Assembly: GCA_038320275.1 (NCBI GenBank)
Contig: JBBQEB010000073.1
Span: 1-17,706 of the forward strand
DNA: 17,706 nt
Reading direction: 5' to 3'
From: Myxococcales bacterium
GTDB lineage: Bacteria; Myxococcota; Myxococcia; Myxococcales; Anaeromyxobacteraceae
Position numbers and translations under genes: made by a program. Positions 16,719 through 17,706 of the stretch are shown in pieces (positions within the stretch are counted from its first letter, which is position 1; every line of letters starts with the position of its first letter). The notes beneath the pieces are model-generated. The model was given only the letters and a program-made list of their open reading frames with translations. It was not told the origin of the DNA and ran no database searches.

Positions 16719-17069
16719 ATGGGCGCGTTGGACTCCGACAAGCTGCATGACTACTCGAGCCAGGCGGCACGGGACGGCAGGCACGTCACCGGGCAAGAGG
16801 TCGCGGCGCACTTCGGCGTGGAGCTCGGCGGCGTGCGAAAGCGGTTCGGCCTGCTCACCGGGAACGTCGTGCTCGTGGACCTGGGCGGCGGCGAGTACGA
16901 CTCCACGAACGTCCTGCGCTGCTCGAAGGCTGCGTTCGAGTCCGCCGGGTCGCAGGGGAAGGGGAATATCGAGTACGTCCGCGGCCTCCTCGCCGAGATC
17001 GAGCGGCTGAAGAAGAACAACGACACGATGCGCCAGCGACTCCTCGCTGCCGAGAAGCGGAAGAAGTAG
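16719..17069 (+). CDS. Hypothetical protein (116 aa), possible HTH plus C-terminal coiled coil
   Basis: High GC3 codon usage. VTGQEVAAHFGVELGGVRKR is HTH-like. LLAEIERLKKNNDTMRQRL has a heptad pattern. Start is ATG 16719 or GTG 16701. Confidence 0.7.
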   Translation: MGALDSDKLHDYSSQAARDGRHVTGQEVAAHFGVELGGVRKRFGLLTGNVVLVDLGGGEYDSTNVLRCSKAAFESAGSQGKGNIEYVRGLLAEIERLKKNNDTMRQRLLAAEKRKK

Positions 17070-17093
17070 CAGCCCGGCGCGCGGCTCCGCGGG

Positions 17094-17561
17094 CTACCCT
17101 AGTTCGGCCCGGTGCTCCCAGAACCAAGCCCGCATCTCCTCCAGCACCTCGCCGACCGTCGGCCACTCCGGGCCGACCCACCGCACGTCGAGCGCGTCGC
17201 CGCTGTGCCAGTCGAACGAGTGCCGGTGGCTCGCGTCGCCGTGGCCCGGGTAAGCGTGGACATTGTCGTAGCGGAACAGGTTGTGGTGGCCCGCGACGTG
17301 GACGTTGTAGGCGAACCGGACGGTCTGGACGAGCGGGTTGTCGGCGTCGGTGGCGTCCACGATGGCCAGGATCTTCTCCACCGTGCAGACGAGGCCACCC
17401 TCGCAGCGGATCTGCCCCTCCATTTTGATGTCGCCGCCGCCGAGCGGCACCAGCGCGAGGTCGTCGGATTCGACGAAGCCCTCGCGGCGGAGCCGCTGCA
17501 TGACGGTCTCGTGGATGTCGAGGTAGCTGCGAAGCGTGTTCGGGCTATGCTTCCCGGCCAC
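17094..17561 (-). CDS. DUF6516 / TumE-like protein (putative toxin), 155 aa
   Basis: FAYNV...LFRYDNVHAYPGHGDASHRH...WPTVGEVLEEM matches the RYDNxH...HxH...PTLxEVLxE pattern of DUF6516. GTG start. Confidence 0.7.
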   Translation of the reverse strand: MAGKHSPNTLRSYLDIHETVMQRLRREGFVESDDLALVPLGGGDIKMEGQIRCEGGLVCTVEKILAIVDATDADNPLVQTVRFAYNVHVAGHHNLFRYDNVHAYPGHGDASHRHSFDWHSGDALDVRWVGPEWPTVGEVLEEMRAWFWEHRAELG

Positions 17562-17706
17562 GCATCCGCCTCTGGGCGTCGGCGCGCGTCATCGCTACAT
17601 AGAGGTCATTGAGGCCCCACGCGGATTCAGCCAGGACGCTGCTTGGCTCGACGAGCACGACCGTGTCGAACTCAAGCCCCTTCGCGCTCGCAACGGTGAG
17701 CACCGA
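17545..17706 (-). CDS. Superfamily 1 helicase (UvrD/HelD-like), C-terminal end (partial)
   Basis: Not in the ORF track. Manual translation: SVLTVASAKGLEFDTVVLVEPSSVLAESAWGLNDLYVAMTRADAQRRMRGREA*. Contains motif V (AKGLEFD) and motif VI (LYVAMTRA). Confidence 0.85.
   Translation of the reverse strand, partial: SVLTVASAKGLEFDTVVLVEPSSVLAESAWGLNDLYVAMTRADAQRRMRGREA

Larger units (their letters stand above)
16536..17706. mobile_element. Edge of a tRNA-Arg(CCG)-integrated genomic island or prophage (extends beyond the window)
   Basis: Lies 5' of the displaced tRNA 3' fragment. IHF box next to the att site. Carries accessory genes. No integrase is visible in the window. Confidence 0.7.

Noticed and set aside
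16334..16741. 135-aa minus-strand ORF across the att site
   Set aside because: Reads through the tRNA fragment (GHWFESSIAR is translated T-arm) and the att arm. Not protein-like.

Overview
Very GC-rich bacterial DNA. Gene content and intergenic repeat style suggest Myxococcota, Anaeromyxobacter-like (inference). Bases 1-15.7 kb are mostly core or housekeeping genes, in order: 5' part of glcD, a protealysin-type M4 protease with its emfourin inhibitor, a Cys-rich lipoprotein, a conserved hypothetical protein whose motif order resembles YaaA, a CPYS glutaredoxin, a fused trehalose-6-phosphate synthase/phosphatase, a small GIY-YIG nuclease, a glycine-zipper exported protein, an OmpA lipoprotein, a ferritin-like di-iron protein, an FKBP PPIase, a YafJ amidotransferase, an orphan receiver protein, an EmrAB efflux pair, and a secreted Asp-box/Pro-linker/beta-sandwich protein with a probable 3' frameshift. 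The last 1.8 kb is an integration hotspot. It holds relics of an antitoxin gene and of a type I R-M operon collapsed to the hsdM 5' end plus the hsdR 3' end. Next comes a 48-nt 3' fragment of tRNA-Arg(CCG), read as an att site, with an adjacent IHF box and a perfect inverted repeat. Beyond it lies the edge of a genomic island carrying an SF1 (UvrD/HelD-like) helicase C-terminus that overlaps a DUF6516/TumE-like gene with no obvious cognate antitoxin. This pair is the best candidate for an undescribed system. All family calls come from motif recognition by eye; no searches were run.
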